Of a stretch of DNA of 32,000 nucleotides, positions 8,961 to 16,544 are shown piece after piece. Within the stretch, counting starts at the first letter, position 1. Each line of letters starts with the position of its first letter. Source of the stretch: an uncultured Chloroflexia bacterium (GTDB taxonomy: Bacteria; Chloroflexota; Ktedonobacteria; Ktedonobacterales; JADMIN01); NCBI GenBank assembly GCA_963718915.1, contig CAVRAI010000001.1:450001-482000 (forward strand), written 5' to 3'. The notes beneath the pieces were generated by a model. That model worked only from the letters and a program-made list of their open reading frames with translations, was not told the origin of the DNA and made no database searches. The translations under genes were made by a program, and so were the position numbers.

Positions 8961-11360
8961 ATGCGAGTGCAAGAGAAACCCCATGACGCGGTCGCCACGA
9001 CTGGTGAATCCACGGGGACGGATAGCGATGGCAAACTGCATACCCACGGTCTCTACCGTCTTGGCTTCAACTATGGACACATGATCTATCGCTTTCGGTG
9101 GCTGGTGATCGCGCTTTGGGCTGTCGGGTTGGCGGTCAGCCTGCCCTTCGCGGCGCAATTGACCTCCAAGCTGACCGGCGGCGGCTATCAGACGAGCAAC
9201 AGCGAGTCGGTTCGCGTCGGCAATACCATGGTAGACCGCCTGCACGCGCCGCCATCCACCCTGCTCGTCGTCTTCCACTCTGATAGTGTCGCGGTGAGCG
9301 ATCCGGCGTATCAGGCGCAGGTAAGCGCCATCGCCGACAAGTTCCGCGCCTATCCGCACGTGACCAGCGTGGTGAACGCAGGCCCTGGCACGGACGGGAA
9401 AACGACCTACCTCGCCGTGAATTTCGATACGAATAGCGACTACGTCGAGACGCGCATTCCCGATATCACGCAGATGCTGCCGAGTGGGTCGGACGCTGGC
9501 CCGGCGACGATCTATCTGACGGGCAGCCCCGCGATCTACGCCGAGTTTACCTCGATTACCCAGCACGACGCCGAGCGCGCCGAGATGTTCGCGCTGCCGG
9601 TGGCGCTGCTGGTGCTGCTGATCGTCTTTGGCTCGCTGCTGGCCGCGCTGACGCCGCTGACGCTGGCGCTGGTGGCGGTGCCGGTGGCGATGGCGATCAT
9701 CTATCCCATCGCGGCGCATAACGAGATGAGCGTCTTCGTCCTCAACGTCGCGACGATTGTGGGCCTGGGCATCTCGATAGACTACAGTCTCTTCATGACC
9801 CGCCGCTTCCGCGAGGAGCTGGGGAGCGGTCGCTCGGTGCGGGACGCCGTCGCCTGGACCGTCTCGACGGCGGGCGAGGCGATTCTTTTCAGCGGCCTGA
9901 CGGTGCTGATCGGCTTTGCGGGGATGTTGCTGATCGGCATCCAGTTCATGACCTCGATTGGCGTGGGCGGGATGTGTGTGGTTGGGGCGGCGGTGCTGGC
10001 CGCGCTTACGCTGCTTCCGGCGCTGCTGAGTGTCCTTGGCCATAAGGTGAACGCGCTGCGCATTCCGCTGATTGGCAAACTGGTGGCCCGCCGGAGGCAC
10101 GAGGTCGCCGCGAACGCCGAGCAGCGTGGCTTCTGGCACGGCTGGGCGATGGCGGTGATGCGCCGCCCAGTGCTGATTATCCTTGGCGTCTGCGCGGTGC
10201 TGGTGGTGCTGGGCTGGCCGATTCTCTCGATCAACATTGGCACGCCAACCTCGACCTCGCTGCCCGCGACGGCGGCGTCACGGAAGGGCATCGAACTGGT
10301 GAATGCCCAGTTCCCCTCCTCGAACGAGAATCCGGTCTACATCATCGCGAAGACGCCCGATGGCTCCAGCATGATGACGGCGGAGAACCTGGCGAAGCTG
10401 GAAAGCCTCTCGAACTGGCTCGCGGGGCGCGCACATGTGACGAGCGTGACCAGCCTGACGATGCTGCCACAGACGGAGGGCGGCCAGACGCTGACGAGCG
10501 ATCAGCTTATCGCGCTCTATACGACGGGCGCATACCAGCAGGATCAGGCGCTGACGCGGCTGGTCGGTTCGACGACCGATAAAGACATCACACTCATCAC
10601 CCTCAACACGAACGCGCCGGTAGATAGCGCCGAGGGCAAGGCGCTGATCGACGACCTGCGCAATCACTACGGCGAAGGCTCCCAAGGGCTGACGATACAG
10701 GTAGGCGGCTTCCAGGCGATCAGCCTCGACTTCAACCGCTTCCTCTATGGCAACTTCCCGAAGGCCATCGCCTTCATTCTGGGGGCGACCTTCATCCTGT
10801 TGCTGCTGATGTTCCGCTCGTTGCTGCTGCCGCTCAAGGCGGTCATCATGAACGTGCTCTCGGTCAGCGCGGCGTATGGTGTGCTGGTCTTCATCTTCCA
10901 GGAAGGCCACTTCGACACACAGCTTGGCTTCACCTCGAATGGGTTCATCGATAGCACGGTGCCGATTCTGCTGTTCTGTATCCTCTTTGGCCTCTCGATG
11001 GACTATGAGGTCTTCCTGCTCTCGCGCATCCGCGAAGAGTGGCTGCGGACGCACAACAACCGCTACGCAGTGGCGCGCGGACTGGAGAAGACGGGCGGCG
11101 TCATCACCAACGCGGCGCTGCTCTTCATCATCGTGGCGGGCTCGTTCATCTTCACGGGCATCGTCATCATGAAGGAGACGGGCCTGGGGATGACGCTGGC
11201 GGTGCTGATCGACGCGACGATCATCCGCACGCTGCTGGTCCCCGCGACGATGCGCCTGCTGGGCCGCTGGAACTGGTGGCTCCCTGGCCGTCCGCTACCA
11301 GTAGAGCAGCCAGCGCCAGTAGAGCAGCCAGCGAAGCAACTGGCGGAGCAGTCGATATAG
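8961..11360 (+). CDS. MMPL-family (RND superfamily) membrane transporter
   Basis: 799-aa ORF with two 6-TM bundles and MMPL signatures (GISIDYSLFMTRRFREEL, GLSMDYEVFLLSRIREE, IDATIIRTLLVPATMRLLGRWNWWLP). Confidence 0.95.
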   Translation: MRVQEKPHDAVATTGESTGTDSDGKLHTHGLYRLGFNYGHMIYRFRWLVIALWAVGLAVSLPFAAQLTSKLTGGGYQTSNSESVRVGNTMVDRLHAPPSTLLVVFHSDSVAVSDPAYQAQVSAIADKFRAYPHVTSVVNAGPGTDGKTTYLAVNFDTNSDYVETRIPDITQMLPSGSDAGPATIYLTGSPAIYAEFTSITQHDAERAEMFALPVALLVLLIVFGSLLAALTPLTLALVAVPVAMAIIYPIAAHNEMSVFVLNVATIVGLGISIDYSLFMTRRFREELGSGRSVRDAVAWTVSTAGEAILFSGLTVLIGFAGMLLIGIQFMTSIGVGGMCVVGAAVLAALTLLPALLSVLGHKVNALRIPLIGKLVARRRHEVAANAEQRGFWHGWAMAVMRRPVLIILGVCAVLVVLGWPILSINIGTPTSTSLPATAASRKGIELVNAQFPSSNENPVYIIAKTPDGSSMMTAENLAKLESLSNWLAGRAHVTSVTSLTMLPQTEGGQTLTSDQLIALYTTGAYQQDQALTRLVGSTTDKDITLITLNTNAPVDSAEGKALIDDLRNHYGEGSQGLTIQVGGFQAISLDFNRFLYGNFPKAIAFILGATFILLLLMFRSLLLPLKAVIMNVLSVSAAYGVLVFIFQEGHFDTQLGFTSNGFIDSTVPILLFCILFGLSMDYEVFLLSRIREEWLRTHNNRYAVARGLEKTGGVITNAALLFIIVAGSFIFTGIVIMKETGLGMTLAVLIDATIIRTLLVPATMRLLGRWNWWLPGRPLPVEQPAPVEQPAKQLAEQSI

Positions 11361-11384
11361 TTGAGTAGCCTATCACAAATACAC

Positions 11385-11429
11385 GAGCCGGGAGTGCGAT
11401 ACGTCGCCCCTCGGCTCTTATTGTAATTT
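11385..11429 (+). terminator. Putative rho-independent terminator of the MMPL gene
   Basis: GAGCCGGG...CCCTCGGCTC stem followed by TTATTGTAATTT, 25 nt after the stop codon. The feature is conserved in R2. Confidence 0.5.
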
Positions 11430-11454
11430 CGTTCCGGCACAGGCCTAGAACGCA

Positions 11455-11463
11455 TGGTATGAT
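11455..11463 (+). promoter_or_regulatory. Extended -10 element (TGgTATGAT) for TA cassette 1
   Basis: TGGTATGAT lies 33 nt upstream of the GTG start and an AAGGAGGG RBS is at 11482-11489. The identical nonamer is found before cassette 2. Confidence 0.5.
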
Positions 11464-11495
11464 GCCACTGAATATAGCTCTAAGGAGGGTGGGAC

Positions 11496-11729
11496 GTGGA
11501 TCAACAATCGCTTGAACACCTCACTGCCGTCGAGCGGTCGCCTGAGATTCTAAGTGGCGCGTGGCGCTTTCGTGGCACACGCGTCCCCGTGGCAGCACTG
11601 TTCGAGAACTTGCGCGATGGGGCGACAGTCGCGGAGTTTCTTGCATGGTTTCCCGGAGTCACCAGGGATCAGGTAGACGAGGTTCTGGACAATGAGATTC
11701 ATGCCTTGCGGAGTTCCGGGGCGTTATGA
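11496..11729 (+). CDS. DUF433-domain protein (predicted antitoxin), cassette 1
   Basis: 77 aa with a DUF433-like core (GAWRFRGTRVPVAALFENLRDGATVAEFLAWFPGVTRDQV). Strong RBS. ATGA overlap with the downstream gene. Confidence 0.8.
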   Translation: MDQQSLEHLTAVERSPEILSGAWRFRGTRVPVAALFENLRDGATVAEFLAWFPGVTRDQVDEVLDNEIHALRSSGAL

Positions 11730-12055
11730 GGATTCTGTTTGACCAGGGAACGCCGCAGCCACTACGCCGCCAACTCGCAGGACATAATGTGGACACGGTC
11801 TATGAGCAGGGATGGTCTACTCTCAAGAATGGTGTTCTGCTCGCGACGGCTGAGCGGGCAGGCTATGACCTCTTCATCACAACCGACCAGAATCTTCGCT
11901 TTCAACAGAACCTCACAGGGCGTCACCTGGCCATCCTGGTTCTGAAGACGACCTCCTGGCCAAAAATCCGGCAAGATATTGGACGTATTCAGAGCGCGGT
12001 GGACACCATAACTGCTGGCGCTTATCTTGAGATCACAGTTGATGTAAGTCCGTAG
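11726..12055 (+). CDS. DUF5615 / PIN-like (Mut7-C-like) protein (predicted toxin), cassette 1
   Basis: 109 aa. The N-terminus MRILFDQGTP...LAGHNV...LFITTDQN matches the DUF5615 pattern (MxxLxDxxxP..GHxV...TxDxDF). It is translationally coupled to the DUF433 gene. Confidence 0.75.
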   Translation: MRILFDQGTPQPLRRQLAGHNVDTVYEQGWSTLKNGVLLATAERAGYDLFITTDQNLRFQQNLTGRHLAILVLKTTSWPKIRQDIGRIQSAVDTITAGAYLEITVDVSP

Positions 12056-12270
12056 CGCGCCTTATAACTAGCACGGAATCTGCCTAGCGAGATTGTGCGC
12101 TGCCTACGTGTGTTCACTGCTGGCGCCCGCGACGATGCGCCTACTGGGCCGCTGGAACTGGTGGCTCCCTGGCCGTCCGCTACCAGTAGAGCAGCCAGCG
12201 CCAGTAGAGCAGCCAGCGAAGCAACTGGCGGAGCAGTCGGTATAGTTGAGTAGCCTATCACAAATACACG

Positions 12271-12310
12271 AGCCGGGAGCACGATACATCGCCCCCGGCT
12301 TTTGTTGTGT
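12271..12310 (+). terminator. Putative rho-independent terminator (copy within R2)
   Basis: AGCCGGG...CCCGGCT stem followed by TTTGTTGTGTT. Confidence 0.5.
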
Positions 12311-12338
12311 TCTCGCCCCAATATATACCCAAATGGCG

Positions 12339-12347
12339 TGGTATGAT
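12339..12347 (+). promoter_or_regulatory. Extended -10 element (TGgTATGAT) for TA cassette 2
   Basis: Same nonamer and same flanking ga.c..ctga..atagct context as at 11455-11479. It lies 49 nt upstream of the ATG at 12396. Confidence 0.5.
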
Positions 12348-12395
12348 GACCTGAGCATAGCTTTCAATTGCATTGATAGATAAGAGGTAACGTAT

Positions 12396-12629
12396 ATGGC
12401 TGATCTGCTCGACCGCATCACCATGGATCCGGTAATCAATCACGGCAAACCAGTGATTCGCGGTCTCCGTTACCCCGTCGAATTGTTGCTGGAATTACTT
12501 AGTTCGGGCATGACAATTGACGAGATTCTCGCCGACTACGAAGACCTTGAGCGCGACGATGTGCTGGCGGCGCTTGCTTTTGCGGCGCGACTCGCCCAGG
12601 TCAAGCGCGTGGAATTGATCGGCCAGTGA
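12396..12629 (+). CDS. DUF433-domain protein (predicted antitoxin), cassette 2
   Basis: 77 aa with a textbook DUF433 core (ITMDPVINHGKPVIRGLRYPVELLLELLSSGMTIDEILADYEDLERDDVLAAL). Confidence 0.85.
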   Translation: MADLLDRITMDPVINHGKPVIRGLRYPVELLLELLSSGMTIDEILADYEDLERDDVLAALAFAARLAQVKRVELIGQ

Positions 12630-12946
12630 TCGGACGCCGTCTGCGGGAGGCTGGGCACGATGTGCTCCATACGCTGGACCTTCCTGACGGCAATCGCACG
12701 ACCGATGCGGAAATTAACGCCATCTCCGACCGAGAACAACGAGTCGTGGTCACCAAAGATGCGGATTTTGTCAACACGTTTCTCTTAAAGCATCAGCCGT
12801 ACAAACTACTGCTCATCTCGACAGGCAATATCAGGAATGCTGCCCTGGAGACGCTACTGCTTACGCATCTGCCCGCGATTGTCTCGGCGTTCGGTTCTCA
12901 CGACTGCATCGAACTCTCCCGCTCGGCTCTCATTCTCCATGCCTAG
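12626..12946 (+). CDS. DUF5615 / PIN-like protein (predicted toxin), cassette 2; N-terminus appears shortened
   Basis: 106 aa from a GTG in a GTGA overlap. LREAGHDV...VVVTKDADF matches DUF5615, but the leading MxxLxD strand is missing. Confidence 0.7.
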   Translation: MIGRRLREAGHDVLHTLDLPDGNRTTDAEINAISDREQRVVVTKDADFVNTFLLKHQPYKLLLISTGNIRNAALETLLLTHLPAIVSAFGSHDCIELSRSALILHA

Positions 12947-12948
12947 CA

Positions 12949-13035
12949 GATGGCTCCCTGGCCGCAAGCTCCCGGTCGAACAGCCAGCGCCAGAAGAGCA
13001 GCCAGCGAAGCAACTGGCGGAGCAGTCGGTGTAGC
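12949..13035 (+). repeat. Direct repeat R3: third, most diverged orphan copy of the MMPL tail
   Basis: Encodes WLPGRKLPVEQPAPEEQPAKQLAEQSV*. It starts 3 nt after the cassette-2 toxin stop and is followed by different downstream sequence and a different terminator. Confidence 0.85.
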
Positions 13036-13112
13036 GCGAATAGCAAGTTCGCCACGTGTTGGATTAACCGGGTCGGGGCTGCAGACATCTCTGCTTGCTC
13101 TAGCCACGGCGC

Positions 13113-13158
13113 AACGGCCGAAGTGCGGCGAGATACTCTTGTACTTCGGCCGTTTCAT
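13113..13158. terminator. Strong hairpin, probably a bidirectional terminator between the MMPL-tail array and the convergent cupin gene
   Basis: Perfect 12-bp stem AACGGCCGAAGT / ACTTCGGCCGTT with an 18-nt loop, followed by TTCAT on the + strand. Confidence 0.55.
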
Positions 13159-13168
13159 GCGCTCGTCC

Positions 13169-13654
13169 TCATCCCACAGGCAGCGGCGGGCCGAGCAGTT
13201 CCATGCCGTGCGCGCGCCAGAGTTCGGGGTCCTGCGGGGGCATGGCGTTGGCCTTCGTCACCTTACGGAAGAAGGCCTCCATCTTCCCGGCGGGCATGAA
13301 CGTCACGAGCATCCTGCCCGTGGCATCGCCGACGTAGGCCCAGACATGGGGCACGTTTCGCGGCGCGAGCAATGCGTCACCGGGATGGAGCGCGAGCCGT
13401 TCGTCTCCCACCTCCATCAGGAACTCGCCCGCGACGACATAGAACCACTCATCCTGGTCGTAGTGGAGGTGGCGCGCGGGGCCACCCTTCGCGTGGAATG
13501 TGTTCTCGAGCACGAAGAGGCCGTCGCTGCCCTGCCCGGCCACCTTGAACTGGATGACGCTCACGCCCAGCCCGCGCGTCTCGCCGAAGCAATCCGCGCC
13601 TGATGCGACGCGCACGATGGGCGCCGCCCGCATTGGACTCTCATCCATATACAT
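13169..13654 (-). CDS. Cupin-domain protein
   Basis: 161 aa with cupin motifs (HLHYDQDEWFYVVAGEF...GDALLAPRNVPHVW). Confidence 0.85.
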   Translation of the reverse strand: MYMDESPMRAAPIVRVASGADCFGETRGLGVSVIQFKVAGQGSDGLFVLENTFHAKGGPARHLHYDQDEWFYVVAGEFLMEVGDERLALHPGDALLAPRNVPHVWAYVGDATGRMLVTFMPAGKMEAFFRKVTKANAMPPQDPELWRAHGMELLGPPLPVG

Positions 13655-13811
13655 CTTCCTCCCTGAGGGCAGCGTTGGCCGGGGCTGGCCAACGAGCCTG
13701 CTGCTCGGCTCTCACGATACCATGGCGAGATGCTGGCGGGAGCGGTATCTCCGCGTAGCGCGTTGAAGCGAAGAACGCCGTGGCCGAATACACTAAAATG
13801 CCTATACGGCG

Positions 13812-13839
13812 TTGACTATTTGCGTAGTTCTCCTACACT
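13812..13839 (+). promoter_or_regulatory. Candidate sigma-70-type promoter (TTGACT-16 nt-TACACT)
   Basis: Pattern match only. It lies about 60 nt upstream of the membrane-protein start. Confidence 0.3.
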
Positions 13840-13898
13840 ATGACAGACAAATACATACACCACCGCATTGCTGACACTGTTTATTGGAGAACGAGCAC

Positions 13899-14759
13899 AT
13901 GGGTCAACCTATCCCACGCCGCCGTCTGGACACGAACCTCGCCGCCCGCGAGATACGCGACATGGATACGCAACCGACGCAGCCGCTGCCCCGTGTCGTC
14001 ACTGTTGCCATGAAGGTTCCGGAAATTACCGCCTTCTTCTGGATCATCAAGGTGCTTACGACTGGGATGGGCGAGACGACCTCGGATTTCATGGTGCACC
14101 AGATTGACCCGGTGATCGCGGTCGCCATCGCGGGCGTCTGTTTCTTCGCAGCGCTTGTCCTGCAACTGCGGGCGCGCCGCTATGTCCCCTGGATCTACTG
14201 GCTGGCCGTCGTCATGGTCGCCATCTTCGGGACGATGGTCGCCGACGCGATACACATTGTCCTGGGCGTCCCGTATCTTATCTCCGTTATCTTCTTCTCC
14301 ATCGCGCTGGCGACTGTCTTTATCGTCTGGTACGCCAGCGAGAAGACTCTCTCCATCCACTCGATCTACACTCTCCGTCGCGAGCTATTTTACTGGACCG
14401 CGATTGTCACCACCTTCGCGCTCGGCACCGCCATCGGCGATCTGACCGCGACGAGCCTGCCCGCCATTGGTAGCCTGGGCACGGCGACCGGGCATCTGGG
14501 CTACTTCATGTCCGGCGTGCTCTTCGCCATCCTGTTCATCCTGCCCGCCATAGGCTACTGGCTCTTCGGGCTGAATGGGGTCTTCGCCTTCTGGTTCGCT
14601 TATATCATGACGCGGCCGCTCGGCGCCTCGTTCGCCGACTGGTTTGGCCGACCCCAGGACTTTGGTGGCATTGGTGTGGGGACGGGACGGATCAGCCTGA
14701 TCCTCGCAGTCATTATCATTGCCTTTGTCAGCCTACCTCTCAGTTACCCACAAAGATAG
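13899..14759 (+). CDS. Integral membrane protein, COG4705-like (uncharacterised membrane-anchored protein)
   Basis: Multi-TM ORF with KVPEITAFFWIIKVLTTGMGETTSD and a second half LGTAIGD...FWFAYIMTRPLGASFADW. I recall this internally duplicated pattern from COG4705 proteins. I chose the ATG at 13899, which has a GGAG 9 nt upstream. Confidence 0.7.
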   Translation: MGQPIPRRRLDTNLAAREIRDMDTQPTQPLPRVVTVAMKVPEITAFFWIIKVLTTGMGETTSDFMVHQIDPVIAVAIAGVCFFAALVLQLRARRYVPWIYWLAVVMVAIFGTMVADAIHIVLGVPYLISVIFFSIALATVFIVWYASEKTLSIHSIYTLRRELFYWTAIVTTFALGTAIGDLTATSLPAIGSLGTATGHLGYFMSGVLFAILFILPAIGYWLFGLNGVFAFWFAYIMTRPLGASFADWFGRPQDFGGIGVGTGRISLILAVIIIAFVSLPLSYPQR

Positions 14760-14873
14760 ACAGGGCAAGGCGCCCAACCCTCGTCGCTGAGAGGCTTTCG
14801 CTACATTGAGGGCGAGCAGGCCGGAGCGGGAGCTTCATCGCCCTACTCCAGCCCGTTCATGTTGTACAAGTCT

Positions 14874-15893
14874 TTACGCGGTCTGTGGCTGGCGCCGGCC
14901 TTGCCTGCGCTGTTGCTGCTCGCCACGGATGAGCCTCCATGTGTCCATCCCGATCACGATCAAGATGCCCGCCGACGTGGCCAGCAGGCCGTAGTGGACG
15001 ACCTCGTTGACGCTGCTCAGCGCGCTGGCGCTAGCGCTACCGCCATTGGCGGCAACAACCCACTGGCCCGCCTGGAGCAGATAGGCCACGATGCCCAGCG
15101 CGGCGATGTCCGTCAGCACGCGCACCACCCGCTTCATCCGCACCCACTCCGGGCGGAAGAGGTTGACGACCGCCTGGGCGACGCTCACCGCCAACACCAG
15201 CAGCGTCGGGAGAGCCACCTGCTGCCAGATTGGCCCAAGCTGATAGTCGTCGAGCGCCGGGCCAAAGAGCAGGAATGGTCGGTCGAACGCCAGCCAGAGC
15301 CAGCCCACCATCACCACGATCCCGATGATCTCGCCAAGCGATTCCATGCGTGGAATCCGCGCTCCCTGACGCGCCGGAGCCGGAGCCTGCGGCGTGGGCA
15401 GACGCTTGGCGTTCCACTCCATTGTGGGCAGATAGGAGTCTACAGCCGTAAAGATGCCTGTGATCACCACGAACTGAATGGCGACCTGCATGACGACTGT
15501 GGTCATGACATCGCCGACGCTGAGCGGATTCCCACTGATCGCGAGCGCGACGAGCACCGCTGCGTAGATGGCGAGCGAGATCGCCAGGACGATCCAGAGC
15601 ACGCGCAGGTACAACGGGAAGAGCGTCGTGCCTATGAGCTGCCGCCCGAAGACGACGCGCGCCTCCTGGTTTGTCTGGTAGCGCCCCGCCGCGATCATTG
15701 GGTGACCATACTCTTGGAGAATGGCCGCCTGCTCGTCCTCGGTCAGTGGTCGGCCCAGCTCGGCCTCGCGATCATCCATCCGCGCCTGGATGTTCTCCGA
15801 AAGCTCGTTGACGATGTCATCCCGCTGGGTCTCCGGGAGGGACTTTGGCAGGTACGTTCTGACGTTGTGTACGTAGCGGTCGAGCAGGTTCAT
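14874..15893 (-). CDS. PadR-associated membrane protein (N-terminal DUF1700/HAAS-like helical domain plus multiple TM helices)
   Basis: N-terminus LDRYVHNVRTYLPKSLPETQRDDIVNELSENIQARMDD...EDEQAAILQEYGHP is typical of partners encoded downstream of PadR regulators. The start is 28 nt after the PadR stop. Confidence 0.75.
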   Translation of the reverse strand: MNLLDRYVHNVRTYLPKSLPETQRDDIVNELSENIQARMDDREAELGRPLTEDEQAAILQEYGHPMIAAGRYQTNQEARVVFGRQLIGTTLFPLYLRVLWIVLAISLAIYAAVLVALAISGNPLSVGDVMTTVVMQVAIQFVVITGIFTAVDSYLPTMEWNAKRLPTPQAPAPARQGARIPRMESLGEIIGIVVMVGWLWLAFDRPFLLFGPALDDYQLGPIWQQVALPTLLVLAVSVAQAVVNLFRPEWVRMKRVVRVLTDIAALGIVAYLLQAGQWVVAANGGSASASALSSVNEVVHYGLLATSAGILIVIGMDTWRLIRGEQQQRRQGRRQPQTA

Positions 15894-15920
15894 GTTACTC
15901 CTCCACAGTCATCCGAATCC

Positions 15921-16274
15921 TTAGTCTTCGAGACTGGGCAGCGGCACGGCGCCGACGATACGCTCCAGTGTCGCATCGATGGCGCGCCACTCGTCCAGCA
16001 GTTGCGCAAGGATCGTCTCGCCCTCGCGCGAGAGACGGTAGAAGCGCTTGTTGCGTTTGTTCTCCTCCCGCCAGACGCTTTCCAGCAGCCCCTGCGTCTC
16101 CAGCCGCCGCAAGAGCGGATAGAGGGTGTTCTCCTCGATATCCATGCCCTGGTCGGCCAGGGCCTTGCGCAGTTCGTAGCCGTAGTACTCCGTCCGCAGC
16201 TGCGCAAGCACCGCGACGATCAAGTAGCCGCGTCGCAGCTCCAGCCGCAGGTTGTCGAGCAATTCATCGTTCAT
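15921..16274 (-). CDS. PadR-family transcriptional regulator
   Basis: 117 aa with a winged-HTH core (YGYELRKALADQGMDIEENTLYPLLRRLETQGLLESVWREENKRNKRFYRLSREG). Confidence 0.9.
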   Translation of the reverse strand: MNDELLDNLRLELRRGYLIVAVLAQLRTEYYGYELRKALADQGMDIEENTLYPLLRRLETQGLLESVWREENKRNKRFYRLSREGETILAQLLDEWRAIDATLERIVGAVPLPSLED

Positions 16275-16287
16275 CGGCCTCGCCTAC

Positions 16288-16312
16288 TGTGTGACATACA
16301 GTATGTTGCACA
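16288..16312. promoter_or_regulatory. Palindromic candidate PadR operator
   Basis: TGTGACATACAGTATGTTGCACA contains the perfect ACATAC-A-GTATGT repeat and an overlapping ATGT-n3-ACAT. It lies 14-38 nt upstream of the padR start. A TATACT -10-like hexamer on the minus strand is at about 16315-16320. Confidence 0.5.
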
Positions 16313-16544
16313 TAGTATATGGCGCACAGGTGATGATGTCAAGGGGATGTTGCAAATCTGTTATGAAAGGCGCGATGCGCAGCGCTGGCGCGTTGTCTGG
16401 CAGAGGATGCTTAGAGCGCCGCTGTCGTCCTCTGCTACGGGCAGATACAGATGGTCCATGCTTTCCACTTTCTCTTTTGAGCATGAGAAGATGGAACGAA
16501 TGAGTGTCTTGATTCTTAAGATTGGGATGAGTCAGGAGGATAGG

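Larger units (their letters stand above)
11228..11479 (+). repeat. Direct repeat R1: resident MMPL 3' tail, stop, terminator and cassette promoter block
   Basis: Aligns by eye with 12114-12362 (near-identical over about 170 nt, patchier afterwards). Its coding part aligns with 12949-13035. Confidence 0.9.
12114..12362 (+). repeat. Direct repeat R2: orphan MMPL 3' tail (12117-12245), terminator and cassette promoter block
   Basis: Encodes LLAPATMRLLGRWNWWLPGRPLPVEQPAPVEQPAKQLAEQSV*, with no MMPL body upstream. The following non-coding tagttgagtagcctatcacaaatacacgagccgggag... sequence is as in R1. Confidence 0.9.

Noticed and set aside
8769-10139. 456-aa minus-strand ORF, plus 9782-10291 and 10278-11054
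   Set aside because: They are antisense to the MMPL transporter and consist of Arg/His/Gln-rich nonsense with no motifs.
12072-12245. The orphan MMPL tail R2 (and R3 within ORF 12837-13034) as expressed small proteins
   Set aside because: There is no RBS or convincing start. The upstream parts of the ORFs are junction sequence or an alternative frame of the toxin gene. They are best explained as displaced gene fragments.
11228-13035. Integrase, transposase or terminal inverted repeats that would make the TA array a classical mobile element
   Set aside because: I searched the cassettes and flanks by eye and found no recombinase-like ORF and no convincing inverted repeats at the cassette boundaries. 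The array is therefore reported as a repeat-bounded structure, not as an annotated mobile element.
14859-16544. N-terminal 562 codons of the 797-aa plus-strand ORF
   Set aside because: It is antisense to the PadR and partner membrane-protein genes and has an Arg/His/Asp-rich, low-complexity composition. Only the last 235 codons (dienelactone hydrolase, with its own RBS and ATG at 16545) look real.
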